From a virus (Duplodnaviria > Caudoviricetes): 37,504 bases of DNA. Positions within the stretch are counted from its first letter, which is position 1. Each line of letters starts with the position of its first letter. Below the pieces are notes generated by a model. The model was not told the origin of the DNA, ran no database searches, and saw only the letters and a list, made by a program, of their open reading frames with translations. The position numbers were made by a program, and so were the translations under genes. Location of the stretch: the IMG/VR virus record IMGVR_UViG_3300031953_000065, positions 1 to 37,504 of that record; one strand, written 5' to 3'. Positions 7,383-15,416 of this stretch are shown here, in pieces.

Positions 7383-8320
7383 TAAGCGATTTTTTCGGCC
7401 AGGTCCAAAGATAAGCCGTTCATGAATTTACGGGCCAGGATTATTTGAGCCTTCATGGCCTTCACGTCGTCTTCGTTCCGCTCGATTTCGATAATCGTAA
7501 CGCGGGCCTTTTCCGGGATTTCCTTAAACTGCTCTTCGAACCATTCTAATTTTATGGTATATTTCGCATTGGGGCGGTCGCAGTAGGCTTTCAATCCGTC
7601 CCAGGTGTATACCATTCGGTTAATCGTTTCAACCGCTAAGGCTTGCCCATCTTCGGTCAGGTCGCCGTTGCTATCTGAAAAATCATATTTGTAATTTAGG
7701 CTGTTTATTTTGTCGTCGATCAGGTTGAAGGGCGTATCGACTAAGCAATAAATAAGCTGTGCTTTATCCAGTCCCACAAGATCCATATAAATCTGGAGCT
7801 GCCATTTATAAAGGCTGTTCGTAATTTCTTTGTCGAACATTTTAAAGGTCTTCAGTTCCCAGCTTGATTTGATGTCCCTGACTTTGATTTGCGCGTTGTC
7901 GGGGGTGCCCCTGAAGAACGAATTTTTAAACTGTTTGGCGTTCTTCAGAAACAATACGTTTTCTTTTGAAACCCGTGTAAATAACGAAAAGCTGATACTT
8001 TCCACGACGGTTCCTTTTTCGAGTTTTTTGCCCTCGATTTTTTCGCGGCGGTTGAATACTTCTTCGGCCCAAAGTTCCTCTAAAAAAGTTTTGACCCCTT
8101 TTGAAAGTTCGGGCTTCGCGTCGCGTTTGGCTATAAATTGGCCTAAAGTGATCGTTTGCTTTGGGGTTATGTTCCCGGCGTCTTGTTTGTCCAATAGGCG
8201 GGCGGTTTCTATTTCCTGTTTATCGGTCAGTCCGGGGTTAAGCCCGACGGCTAAACGTCCTACACTATGCGCACGGAAAAGATAATTTTTAAAATCGGTG
8301 GTTTGGTTTTTACTTTGCAT
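7382..8320 (-). CDS. YqaJ/lambda-exonuclease-like 5'-3' exonuclease
   Basis: FRAHSVG, KG..VE, GTPD...DIKSSW (PD-D/ExK) and Y.WQLQ.YM motifs. Confidence 0.85.
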   Translation of the reverse strand: MQSKNQTTDFKNYLFRAHSVGRLAVGLNPGLTDKQEIETARLLDKQDAGNITPKQTITLGQFIAKRDAKPELSKGVKTFLEELWAEEVFNRREKIEGKKLEKGTVVESISFSLFTRVSKENVLFLKNAKQFKNSFFRGTPDNAQIKVRDIKSSWELKTFKMFDKEITNSLYKWQLQIYMDLVGLDKAQLIYCLVDTPFNLIDDKINSLNYKYDFSDSNGDLTEDGQALAVETINRMVYTWDGLKAYCDRPNAKYTIKLEWFEEQFKEIPEKARVTIIEIERNEDDVKAMKAQIILARKFMNGLSLDLAEKIA

Positions 8321-9137
8321 CTGTTAAGGTTGTTAATTTTAAATTAAAAGCTATCAATAATTCGCCTCCGGTGGTTTCACAAAAAGCGCGCGCGCCTTCC
8401 AGTCCTTCGGTGGTGGTTTGTTTTTTGATGAATTCCAGGGCGCGGCTTATTTCTTCGGCGGTTTCGCTTGCTTCGAGTTCGGCCGGGCTTAGGGATGCTA
8501 TTTTAGCGGCCGGCAATCGGTCCAGGTCCGTAATGTCCCCGTCGGTTATTTCAGTCCCCGTGAGCCTTTCATGTAACCATGCGCGGGCCTTTCGTTTGCC
8601 CTTTCCCAATATCCCGTCCGTGCCCATGCCGTTGTTCACTTTTATGGGGATCTCGATATCCTGGTGTACCGGTTCGCCGCCGTCGATGCTCCAGGAAATC
8701 TTCATTGTAACGGCCGCCCCGGTGCCCCCCTTGTTCACGCGGGGCAATTCGGAAACGATCTTGTAATTGAGCCCCGGGAATTTCTTCAACAAATAACCAA
8801 AGCCTTCCTTTGTCAAGTAGGTATTTCCTTTAATGATATTGAATTGGTTCCCGACCGGTTGCACTCCCATCAATACGGCTTCAATAAGGCAATTTTTAAC
8901 GACCGCTTCGGAATAGCCGTTGTTTTGGTCCTGGTCCGTCCTGAATCCCAAGCGGTTCCCTTGCAATTTCATGATAGGGGCCATATATTCAGAGGTCAAA
9001 AGACCTTGCAGGGTTTCGATTGCCGTGGCGACCTTGTAGGCTTTTTCAAATCCCTGTATTTCGGCGCTGCCTATTACATTTACCACTTGCGCATCCAGGC
9101 TTTCTACTACCGAAAGCCCTGTTTTTTTCTTTTCCAT
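8310..9137 (-). CDS. RecT/Beta-like single-strand annealing protein
   Basis: V.NCLIEAVLMGVQPVGNQFNII motif resembles the RecT core; adjacent to the exonuclease. Confidence 0.65.
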   Translation of the reverse strand: MEKKKTGLSVVESLDAQVVNVIGSAEIQGFEKAYKVATAIETLQGLLTSEYMAPIMKLQGNRLGFRTDQDQNNGYSEAVVKNCLIEAVLMGVQPVGNQFNIIKGNTYLTKEGFGYLLKKFPGLNYKIVSELPRVNKGGTGAAVTMKISWSIDGGEPVHQDIEIPIKVNNGMGTDGILGKGKRKARAWLHERLTGTEITDGDITDLDRLPAAKIASLSPAELEASETAEEISRALEFIKKQTTTEGLEGARAFCETTGGELLIAFNLKLTTLTDAK

Positions 9138-10396
9138 TATTTCAAATCGTTTATATCATTCATGAAATTAGATTCCACCGTGCTAATATTCACAATAAAA
9201 TCTTCTAACAAATCTTTAGCTTCAGTACTTTTTAAATTTTCTGGTGATCCCTCTGTAAATTTTAAAGAAGCTAAGAAAGATAAAAGTTTCGCTTTGTCGG
9301 GTTGCAGGGCTTTCAACCGTTTGGCTTCGGCGGCTTTTATTGCTTTGGCTTCGATTTCGGCCCGGGCCTCGGCTTTTTCTTTTGCTTCGGCTTCTTCAGC
9401 TTCGGCAAGTATCGCGGCTTTTTTGTCTTCGTTTGCTTTTTCCTTTGCTAATAAAGCTTGTTCCTTTGCTTTTTCGTCGGCTTCTCTTTTCGCGGCGGCG
9501 GCTTCATTTTGAGCTTTCATTTCGCGAAGTTCTTTGAGTTCAGCATCCTGGGCCGCTTGCTTTTTGTCGGCGGCGGCTTTGGTTTTGGCTTCTTCAGCTT
9601 TTTGTTTTGTTTCGGCGTCGATAGCATCCTGGGCTAAAGCTATTTTCTTTTCAAGTATAATACCGAATTCGGTTTCACTTAAAGCCCAAAGCGTCGCCAT
9701 ATCAACGTCGGCGCCGTGCTTATTAACCGGTAATAAAGCAGTTAACCGGGTGTTTTGTACTTCCAGGCGTTCGCGTTCGGTCCGGTCGGCTTCTTCTTTT
9801 TCCAGTCGGGCTTCGGTTTTCTGAAGTTGCAACCGGGCGCCGTCCAGTTTATCCAGATACAACCATTCAAAATCTTCGAAGTCTTCGCGGTCGGCGGTTT
9901 CCAAATATTCGAATTCGCTGTTTAATCTTTTTAAATCCGCAAATTTAGCTTCTTCAAGGGATTCGGAATAAGTGTTGAAGATTTCGTTTATCCCGTCCTG
10001 GATTTCTTTTTTCCGGGCTTCTTCTTTTAATCGTTTTTCTTCGGCTTCGACTGCTTTTATGTTTTCGTACCGGGTCACTTCAATTTGTTGGGTTTCTTCC
10101 TTTGGTTTGGTTTCCGATAAAACCCCTTCCATAAATTCGCCGGCTTGTTTCCTGATGTTTCTGAGGGTTGAAGCGATCAGTTTATCTTGCCCTTGAAATT
10201 CCGTCCTGAATTTTACCAGGTTGGTCCGGGATTTCTTCGCGCTTTCATAGCTTTTCGAATCCTCGATCTTGATAAAAGGGTTTTCCTTTATCACTTTTTT
10301 CGCGCGGTCTTTCCATCCCTGCAATTCCGGTAAATTTTGAACCTTTACTTTTGCGAGTTCGAAGGTTTGTGGTGCTTTCGCTTTTTCTGTTTTCAT
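9137..10396 (-). CDS. Long coiled-coil protein (DUF1351-like N-terminus)
   Basis: YESAKKSRTNLVKFR then E/K/A-rich helices; upstream of the SSAP gene. Confidence 0.7.
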   Translation of the reverse strand: MKTEKAKAPQTFELAKVKVQNLPELQGWKDRAKKVIKENPFIKIEDSKSYESAKKSRTNLVKFRTEFQGQDKLIASTLRNIRKQAGEFMEGVLSETKPKEETQQIEVTRYENIKAVEAEEKRLKEEARKKEIQDGINEIFNTYSESLEEAKFADLKRLNSEFEYLETADREDFEDFEWLYLDKLDGARLQLQKTEARLEKEEADRTERERLEVQNTRLTALLPVNKHGADVDMATLWALSETEFGIILEKKIALAQDAIDAETKQKAEEAKTKAAADKKQAAQDAELKELREMKAQNEAAAAKREADEKAKEQALLAKEKANEDKKAAILAEAEEAEAKEKAEARAEIEAKAIKAAEAKRLKALQPDKAKLLSFLASLKFTEGSPENLKSTEAKDLLEDFIVNISTVESNFMNDINDLK

Positions 10397-10400
10397 TGTA

Positions 10401-10526
10401 TTAATTGTTTAAATTATGTGAGTACACTTTTTTAGGTTCTTTTTGAATCCGGGGGCGCTTGTTTTTTTCGTGCCATTTTTGCCGGGCCAATTCGTCGCTG
10501 ATTAATCTTTCGGTTGAGTAGTCCAT
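10401..10526 (-). CDS. Hypothetical 41-aa basic peptide MDYSTERLISDELARQKWHEKNKRPR...
   Basis: Hand-translated; TAATG coupling to upstream ORF. Confidence 0.6.
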   Translation of the reverse strand: MDYSTERLISDELARQKWHEKNKRPRIQKEPKKVYSHNLNN

Positions 10527-10624
10527 TAGTTCGATTTTACAAGGTTAGTAAGTTGGGCTTTTAACCGGGCGTTTTCCGCTTCCAGTTCCGCGATCGTCTT
10601 TAGGCAATAGTTTAAAAATGTCAT
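10526..10624 (-). CDS. Hypothetical 32-aa coiled-coil peptide MTFLNYCLKTIAELEAENARLKAQLTNLVKSN
   Basis: Hand-translated; overlapping start/stop on both sides. Confidence 0.65.
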   Translation of the reverse strand: MTFLNYCLKTIAELEAENARLKAQLTNLVKSN

Positions 10625-10719
10625 ATTGAATTCTTTATTAAGGTGATCCCAATTGAAAATATAAAAGAAGTAAGGATTAAATACATGATAACCCATTGCA
10701 CGAATTTTGCTGTTTTCAT
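10621..10719 (-). CDS. 32-aa single-pass membrane peptide MKTAKFVQWVIMYLILTSFIFSIGITLIKNSI
   Basis: Hand-translated; ATGA overlaps on both sides; one hydrophobic segment. Confidence 0.65.
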   Translation of the reverse strand: MKTAKFVQWVIMYLILTSFIFSIGITLIKNSI

Positions 10720-11030
10720 TTTAAGGCTTTGTTAATTGCGTTTTCTGCTTTTGCCATCGCATCTATTCCCGCCAACCCTAAATCTCCTGGATGGCTATTT
10801 ACAAAAACTAATTCTTGCAGGGCTTCCAGTAATTCCGGGGCGGCGGCTATTAGTTTGGCGTTTTTTAAACACTTACGGTCTTTTATTTTACAATGAGACC
10901 CTTTTACTTCTGCTAAATTTCTACCATCATTCCTAATGGTTATCCAACTAGCAATTGGAGTTTTAGACGATTGTTTGAACATTTTTAAATCTAGCTTCCA
11001 TTCTCCTTTTGTTCCTTTAAATTCTTTCAT
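10716..11030 (-). CDS. Conserved phage early protein (NAxLIAAAPELLEAL family)
   Basis: FKGTKGEW N-terminus and NAKLIAAAPELLEALQ motif common in phage early genes. Confidence 0.85.
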   Translation of the reverse strand: MKEFKGTKGEWKLDLKMFKQSSKTPIASWITIRNDGRNLAEVKGSHCKIKDRKCLKNAKLIAAAPELLEALQELVFVNSHPGDLGLAGIDAMAKAENAINKALK

Positions 11031-11392
11031 TTTATAATTGTTTTAGCGTTATACTGTGAAGATTGAAATACGGCGCGGGCGTTATGTATCGCATCCCGCA
11101 GCGGGCTTTTTTGGTAGTTCAGCGAGGAAAAATAATTTAAAATAGATTTCTTTAAGGTCATTCGTTTAAAAATAACCTGAAGCGCGGGGCTTCGTTTCTT
11201 ATCTTCTAAAGCGTGGTAAATCGTTAAGAATTTGTTCTTGTAGGCATCGTTCGAAAAGTCGGCCAATACATGCTCGATATAAACAAGGGCCAAAATTTCA
11301 TTGTCAAACGATTTGATTTTAAGCAACAAAGAAGCGGCTTTAAATTTCGCGGTTGCGAGTTCAGCGGGGGTAAGGTGGGGGGTGATTTCCAT
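11027..11392 (-). CDS. Hypothetical protein, first gene of the early operon
   Basis: Follows the canonical promoter; ATGA overlap downstream. Confidence 0.75.
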   Translation of the reverse strand: MEITPHLTPAELATAKFKAASLLLKIKSFDNEILALVYIEHVLADFSNDAYKNKFLTIYHALEDKKRSPALQVIFKRMTLKKSILNYFSSLNYQKSPLRDAIHNARAVFQSSQYNAKTIIK

Positions 11393-11425
11393 AAGATTTG
11401 TATTGATTAATTGTTTTTGCTATGC

Positions 11426-11456
11426 CAAATATAAACTTTTATTTAGTTATAACAAA
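11426..11456 (-). promoter_or_regulatory. Canonical Bacteroidota housekeeping promoter (early operon)
   Basis: TTTG (11456-11453), 19-nt spacer, TATATTTG (11433-11426); spacer region contains palindrome GTTATAAC. Confidence 0.85.
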
Positions 11457-11477
11457 TGTTTTGCGATAAAAGTTCAT

Positions 11478-11507
11478 AAAAAAGCCCGCTTAATTAAAAA
11501 CAGGCTT
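11478..11507 (-). terminator. Intrinsic terminator ending the late/lysis operon
   Basis: AAGCCTGT-TTTTAATTAA-GCGGGCTT-TTTT with G.U pairs on the minus strand. Confidence 0.75.
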
Positions 11508-11533
11508 AAAATCTTAATTAGTAAAGAGGTATT

Positions 11534-11905
11534 TTAAAGGCTTGTAACGAAGGATCCCGATAAGAAGGCAACCAATATAACCAAAGTTTCGGTTAACCCG
11601 AATTTGCGCCTGCCCTGGGCTTCCTGGGCTTGGTTTTGGGTGTTCAATAACTTATAAGCGTGGTTTAATAACTCAATTTGCGCGGTCTTTGCTTCGGCAT
11701 GAAGTCTTAACGCGGTGTTTTCTTCTCCATAGCTGGTAATGATCCCGCTGGTCAAATCGTTTATAAGCAAAAGGCGGTCATAAATTTCAAGTTCTTCGGC
11801 CGCACTGATAACATCAATTCGAGCGACTTTCACGCTGTCTCCTGCGGTCTGCGAAATAGCGGGCCAGGCTGTCATTATTAAAATTATTAAAATTAGTTTT
11901 TTCAT
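11534..11905 (-). CDS. Spanin-like lysis accessory protein (signal peptide, coiled coil, C-terminal TM)
   Basis: MKKLILIILIMTAWPAISQ signal; C-terminal LVILVAFLSGSFV; overlaps the 3' end of the i-spanin-like gene. Confidence 0.55.
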   Translation of the reverse strand: MKKLILIILIMTAWPAISQTAGDSVKVARIDVISAAEELEIYDRLLLINDLTSGIITSYGEENTALRLHAEAKTAQIELLNHAYKLLNTQNQAQEAQGRRKFGLTETLVILVAFLSGSFVTSL

Positions 11906-12179
11906 AATCCTTTTTTAATTGACTTAATTTCATTTCCTGATCTTTGCGGGCCCCGGCGGCTTCCTTTATGACGGCATCGAGGGCGCGGTCTTCGGTTTTT
12001 AAAGAATCTATATTTTTAAATATGGTTTCGCGCTGCTTTTCGTTTTCTGCCTTGAATATCCCGAAGGCGGCCTTTTGCGCTTTGAGTTCCTGGGCCTGGT
12101 CGTAAATCGTGACCCCGGCAAAGGTAAGGACAGCGATAAACAAAGCGGCCATGATATAAAATTTCAGGTTGTTCATCAT
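11814..12179 (-). CDS. i-spanin-like protein
   Basis: N-terminal TM FYIMAALFIAVLTFAGVTIY then coiled coil; follows the endolysin. Confidence 0.6.
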   Translation of the reverse strand: MMNNLKFYIMAALFIAVLTFAGVTIYDQAQELKAQKAAFGIFKAENEKQRETIFKNIDSLKTEDRALDAVIKEAAGARKDQEMKLSQLKKDYEKTNFNNFNNDSLARYFADRRRQRESRSN

Positions 12180-12268
12180 TTTTTTTATACCTTTACGGTT
12201 CTAGATTGTATTAATTAACTTTTTGCGAGTTGACTTAAAAGCCCTTCATTCATTGAGGGGCTTTTTTT
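12166..12268 (+). ncRNA. Candidate antisense small RNA unit (promoter 12166-12195, ~70-nt transcript, terminator 12237-12268)
   Basis: AGGTTGTT-N14-TACCTTTA matches the spacing of the 25056 promoter; hairpin AAAAGCCCTTCA-TTCAT-TGAGGGGCTTTTTTT pairs fully (G.U) only on +. Confidence 0.45.
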
Positions 12269-12776
12269 ATTCGCAAAAAACCCGTTTGATGACATCGGCG
12301 TATTTCGCCTGGTTCTCGAAAAGTTCGGCGCCTTCGCTGTCCCCGAAAAAAGGCTCCAATATAAGCCCCGGGGCCTTCATGTATTTCAAAAACCAATAGC
12401 CGCGCCCGTTCCTGTTCGTTATCTTGACCCCGCGATTGTCCATGCCGTATTCGTTCGCGACGGCCTCGCAGTATTTCGCGCCATGGTAAATTGCTGAAGA
12501 CCCCGGAAAAGCGACGGCCTCGACGCCCTGGGCCTGTTTGTTGAAAGCGTTGAAATGCAGTTCCACGACCAAATCGTAATTTTTCGGGTTGATTTCTTCA
12601 GCTAAAAGCCGCATCTGTGTTTTATAACCCCCTACGTCCGGCCTGTGGTAGATATCACCAAGACCGGAAAGGTAGGCGGCCACTTCACAATTATAGAAAT
12701 ATTCGTTCTGATGCAGAAAAGGGGACCAGGCGCCGGGGCTGTCCGGGCTATGCCCGATTATATAAGCTATTTTCAT
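12267..12776 (-). CDS. Endolysin, N-acetylmuramoyl-L-alanine amidase (Amidase_3); start reassigned to MKIAYIIGH at 12776
   Basis: Zn ligands IIGH, NE.FYN, ELHFNA and catalytic ILEPFF; ATGA overlap with upstream gene. Confidence 0.92.
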   Translation of the reverse strand: MKIAYIIGHSPDSPGAWSPFLHQNEYFYNCEVAAYLSGLGDIYHRPDVGGYKTQMRLLAEEINPKNYDLVVELHFNAFNKQAQGVEAVAFPGSSAIYHGAKYCEAVANEYGMDNRGVKITNRNGRGYWFLKYMKAPGLILEPFFGDSEGAELFENQAKYADVIKRVFCE

Positions 12777-13123
12777 TTCGTGCCGTTGTTTGGTGTTTTG
12801 TTCACTCCGTTCAAACTCATTTCTTCTTTTAAATCCTCGTATTTGCCCTTCCATATCACCACTTCTTTTTGAAGCCTTAATACCTCCCCTTGCACGCTGA
12901 ACAACTGACCTTGCAAAGCTTCGATATCCTTCTTTAATTCGGCATATTTTACATTGCTGTCATCTACATACGTCCTGTAAGCCCCTTGCATCCCGCTTAT
13001 GGCGTCTGCTTCCACTTGTTGAAGTTTGGCGTTCTTGGTGCGCCGCTCGTATATCCATGCGCTCAATCCCACAAGTCCTGTGATAATCGATGGCAAATAT
13101 TTTTCTATGAATTCTGGGGTCAT
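12773..13123 (-). CDS. Holin-like protein (N-terminal TM plus coiled coil)
   Basis: YLPSIITGLVGLSAWIY TM; directly upstream of the endolysin. Confidence 0.6.
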   Translation of the reverse strand: MTPEFIEKYLPSIITGLVGLSAWIYERRTKNAKLQQVEADAISGMQGAYRTYVDDSNVKYAELKKDIEALQGQLFSVQGEVLRLQKEVVIWKGKYEDLKEEMSLNGVNKTPNNGTK

Positions 13124-13134
13124 TGTGAGGGGGA

Positions 13135-13611
13135 TTAAAATTTCATTCTAAGACGGTACTCGCTGCCACCGCCTAATTGTATTGACATTAATTTGTTTGC
13201 ATAACTCCATTGGCAATATGTTTTACCGTCAATTTTATAAGCGATGTGTTTTGTTCCGGGGTTTTCCCTGCTCGCCCTTCTCCATCGGTTGCCCTTGACC
13301 GTGTTTTTTATGGTCTTAAATTCATCAGCTTCTCCTGCGTCCCATCCCGGTTTAAATTGTCTTATATAATTCCAACTGTGATTCCTTAACCACCATTTTA
13401 TCACATTAAAAAAGCCTGTACCATATTTAAAATCTCCATCTTCTGTGTCATTGAGCCACCAGAATTTAAACTTTACTTTGCAGTTATACTTTAAAACAAA
13501 TGCGACAAACAAACCGCCTGAAAAGAACCCAAATAAAGAAACTGCAAACCATCGGATCATCAGCCAGTAAAAGCCGTTCCAAAAGGATTGTATTTCTTTG
13601 TCAGATATCAA
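13135..13611 (-). CDS. Trp-rich membrane-associated protein (start uncertain: TTG 13611 or ATG 13560)
   Basis: Hydrophobic segment then WWLNDTEDGD and WWLRN motifs seen near phage lysis genes; TTGA overlap with upstream stop. Confidence 0.7.
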   Translation of the reverse strand: MISDKEIQSFWNGFYWLMIRWFAVSLFGFFSGGLFVAFVLKYNCKVKFKFWWLNDTEDGDFKYGTGFFNVIKWWLRNHSWNYIRQFKPGWDAGEADEFKTIKNTVKGNRWRRASRENPGTKHIAYKIDGKTYCQWSYANKLMSIQLGGGSEYRLRMKF

Positions 13612-14105
13612 ACCACTATACCAATGAACAACCCTAAAACGGCTGCACCTATCAATATCACTATTCTGCCCTTTTGAATCCAAGGGGCGTTACTGATTGT
13701 GTAAGCTGTATTTTCTCCGTAAGTTTCAAGCCATCGTTTTTCCAATACTTCCAATCGGTATTTTGCATCAGGCCATAATTTGTAATAATCTGCAAACCCG
13801 GGATCTCTCATTCGCCAAAGTTCCGTTTTCCAGAAGTGTGATATTACTTCCTGTGGAGCTTCATCTGCTAATTCTGAATAAAGCAAATATTGTATCACAA
13901 GAATAAGAAACGGCAGGATCATAATCAGGGAGAAAAACCCGTAGTCTATTCCGTTCGATCCCTCGTAACCGATTCCGATTGCACCCAAAAAAGCGGCTGC
14001 ACTCATAAGTAAATAAAAGACTTCCAGTTTTACAACCTTGCCATTGAAGGTGTGAAACCAGGAAGTAGAGTTGATGTTAAAAAGTAGCTTTTCCATATAA
14101 TTCAA
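13608..14105 (-). CDS. Membrane protein with about 3 TM helices
   Basis: Hydrophobic stretches VFYLLMSAAAFLGAIGIG, FFSLIMILPFLILVIQYLL and IVILIGAAVLGLFIGIVV. Confidence 0.75.
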   Translation of the reverse strand: MNYMEKLLFNINSTSWFHTFNGKVVKLEVFYLLMSAAAFLGAIGIGYEGSNGIDYGFFSLIMILPFLILVIQYLLYSELADEAPQEVISHFWKTELWRMRDPGFADYYKLWPDAKYRLEVLEKRWLETYGENTAYTISNAPWIQKGRIVILIGAAVLGLFIGIVV

Positions 14106-14742
14106 TGTATTTGAGTTTATCCAACTCGGTTAATATCGGTGATGGTTCAAAGGTCTTTCCTTTAAAATCCGTCCATACGGGTTTGTTGTTATCCAAGGCC
14201 GCATCAAAACTTCCGTAAATCATATTGGAACGGTAGTCAAATTCAGTTAAAAAGATGGTTTCTCCCAATGTAAAATTACCCACCCATTCAGGATCTATGT
14301 TATCGTAATCAATTGTTATGTTATCAAGGGCATTTGCCAATTGATGTTCGTGTTCCCTGCCAAGGTTATGACCTAGTTCATGCAGTGCGACCGATTCATT
14401 GAAATATTCGATAGCTCCAACCCTGAAATCTGCAATATAATCAGGCAGCCCAAAGGGAAATAAAGAACTTTGCACCGCTCCGGAATATTTTATCAATAAG
14501 CCATGTTCTAATTTTAACAACTCACTTATCTCATATTCCACATAATCAACATTTAAAAAGCCCTCGTAAGTTTCCATTGCTTTATAGATGATATCCTTAT
14601 GCGCCCGTGAAACGTTCTCGGTAAACCCAAAAGGAATCACACCATCCGTCCACGTATTTACATGGTTGTCGATAGGCTGAAAAATAGGGGCATCCTTGGA
14701 ACAAGCTGTCAATAATAGCAATATGAACAAGTATTTTTTCAT
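14077..14742 (-). CDS. Astacin-family (M12A) zinc metalloprotease lipoprotein; start reassigned to MKKYLFILL at 14742
   Basis: Lipobox LTAC; WTDGVIPF; HELGHNLGREHEH (HExxHxxGxxH); Met-turn FDYRSNMIYG; LTELDK..I.ELY C-terminus. Confidence 0.88.
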   Translation of the reverse strand: MKKYLFILLLLTACSKDAPIFQPIDNHVNTWTDGVIPFGFTENVSRAHKDIIYKAMETYEGFLNVDYVEYEISELLKLEHGLLIKYSGAVQSSLFPFGLPDYIADFRVGAIEYFNESVALHELGHNLGREHEHQLANALDNITIDYDNIDPEWVGNFTLGETIFLTEFDYRSNMIYGSFDAALDNNKPVWTDFKGKTFEPSPILTELDKLKYIELYGKATF

Positions 14743-14744
14743 TT

Positions 14745-15215
14745 TTATAATCGTTTTTCCAGGGGCGCTCGTTTCTGTAACGCCTCGAAGAAATGCCGGT
14801 CGAACCATTCACGGGTCGCCAGGTTCTCTGCGTGCCATTCGTTCTTTACGTTTATCTGCCAATTCGTGCCCATTATTTCCTGGCTCCTTTTACTGTCTTT
14901 CAATCCGTATATCTTACCTATCTGCCTGAACAGGATTATACGGGTCAAATGCTCGAATTCCCTCAGCTCTTCGTTCAAATAAATGGTCTTGCCATCGGGG
15001 GATATTTCCCCCAGCATATTGAGGTCGGCTTTTACGAACAAATAAGTCCGGACGGAATCGAGTTGTTTTATGTTTCCCACCTTCGCATATCTGGCTGATT
15101 GATGAAAATCCTTGAGGAGTTCCTTTAATATCGGTTCTGCGGTTCCCGTGAACTTCACTTGTTGCGCCGATAGGGTCAGCGTTAGGAACAATAGTAAGAG
15201 GGGTAGTTTTTTCAT
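14745..15215 (-). CDS. Secreted zincin-like protein with degenerate active site (pseudo-peptidase)
   Basis: Signal peptide MKKLPLLLLFLTLTLSA/Q; LG...TIYLN...ILFRQIGKIYGLKD.....EIM aligns by eye with HExGH..GLxH.....IM. Confidence 0.6.
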   Translation of the reverse strand: MKKLPLLLLFLTLTLSAQQVKFTGTAEPILKELLKDFHQSARYAKVGNIKQLDSVRTYLFVKADLNMLGEISPDGKTIYLNEELREFEHLTRIILFRQIGKIYGLKDSKRSQEIMGTNWQINVKNEWHAENLATREWFDRHFFEALQKRAPLEKRL

Positions 15216-15217
15216 AA

Positions 15218-15331
15218 TTATCCAAATATTAAGTAAGCGCCCATGATTATAAATAGCATCGGTATCAATACGATAGGCAATAATTGAAGGTGCGTTCTCT
15301 CTTTGCTGAAATACTTTTTTAGTGGGTTCAT
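15218..15331 (-). CDS. 37-aa membrane peptide MNPLKKYFSKERTHLQLLPIVLIPMLFIIMGAYLIFG
   Basis: Hand-translated; one TM segment; stop 2 nt before next ATG. Confidence 0.65.
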   Translation of the reverse strand: MNPLKKYFSKERTHLQLLPIVLIPMLFIIMGAYLIFG

Positions 15332-15416
15332 AATTATTTATTTTGAATAAGGGTTCTTTAGTGTTTTCATTTTAGATTGTTTTTGTTCCATTCTATGCTT
15401 GCTGGTTTTGTTAGTT

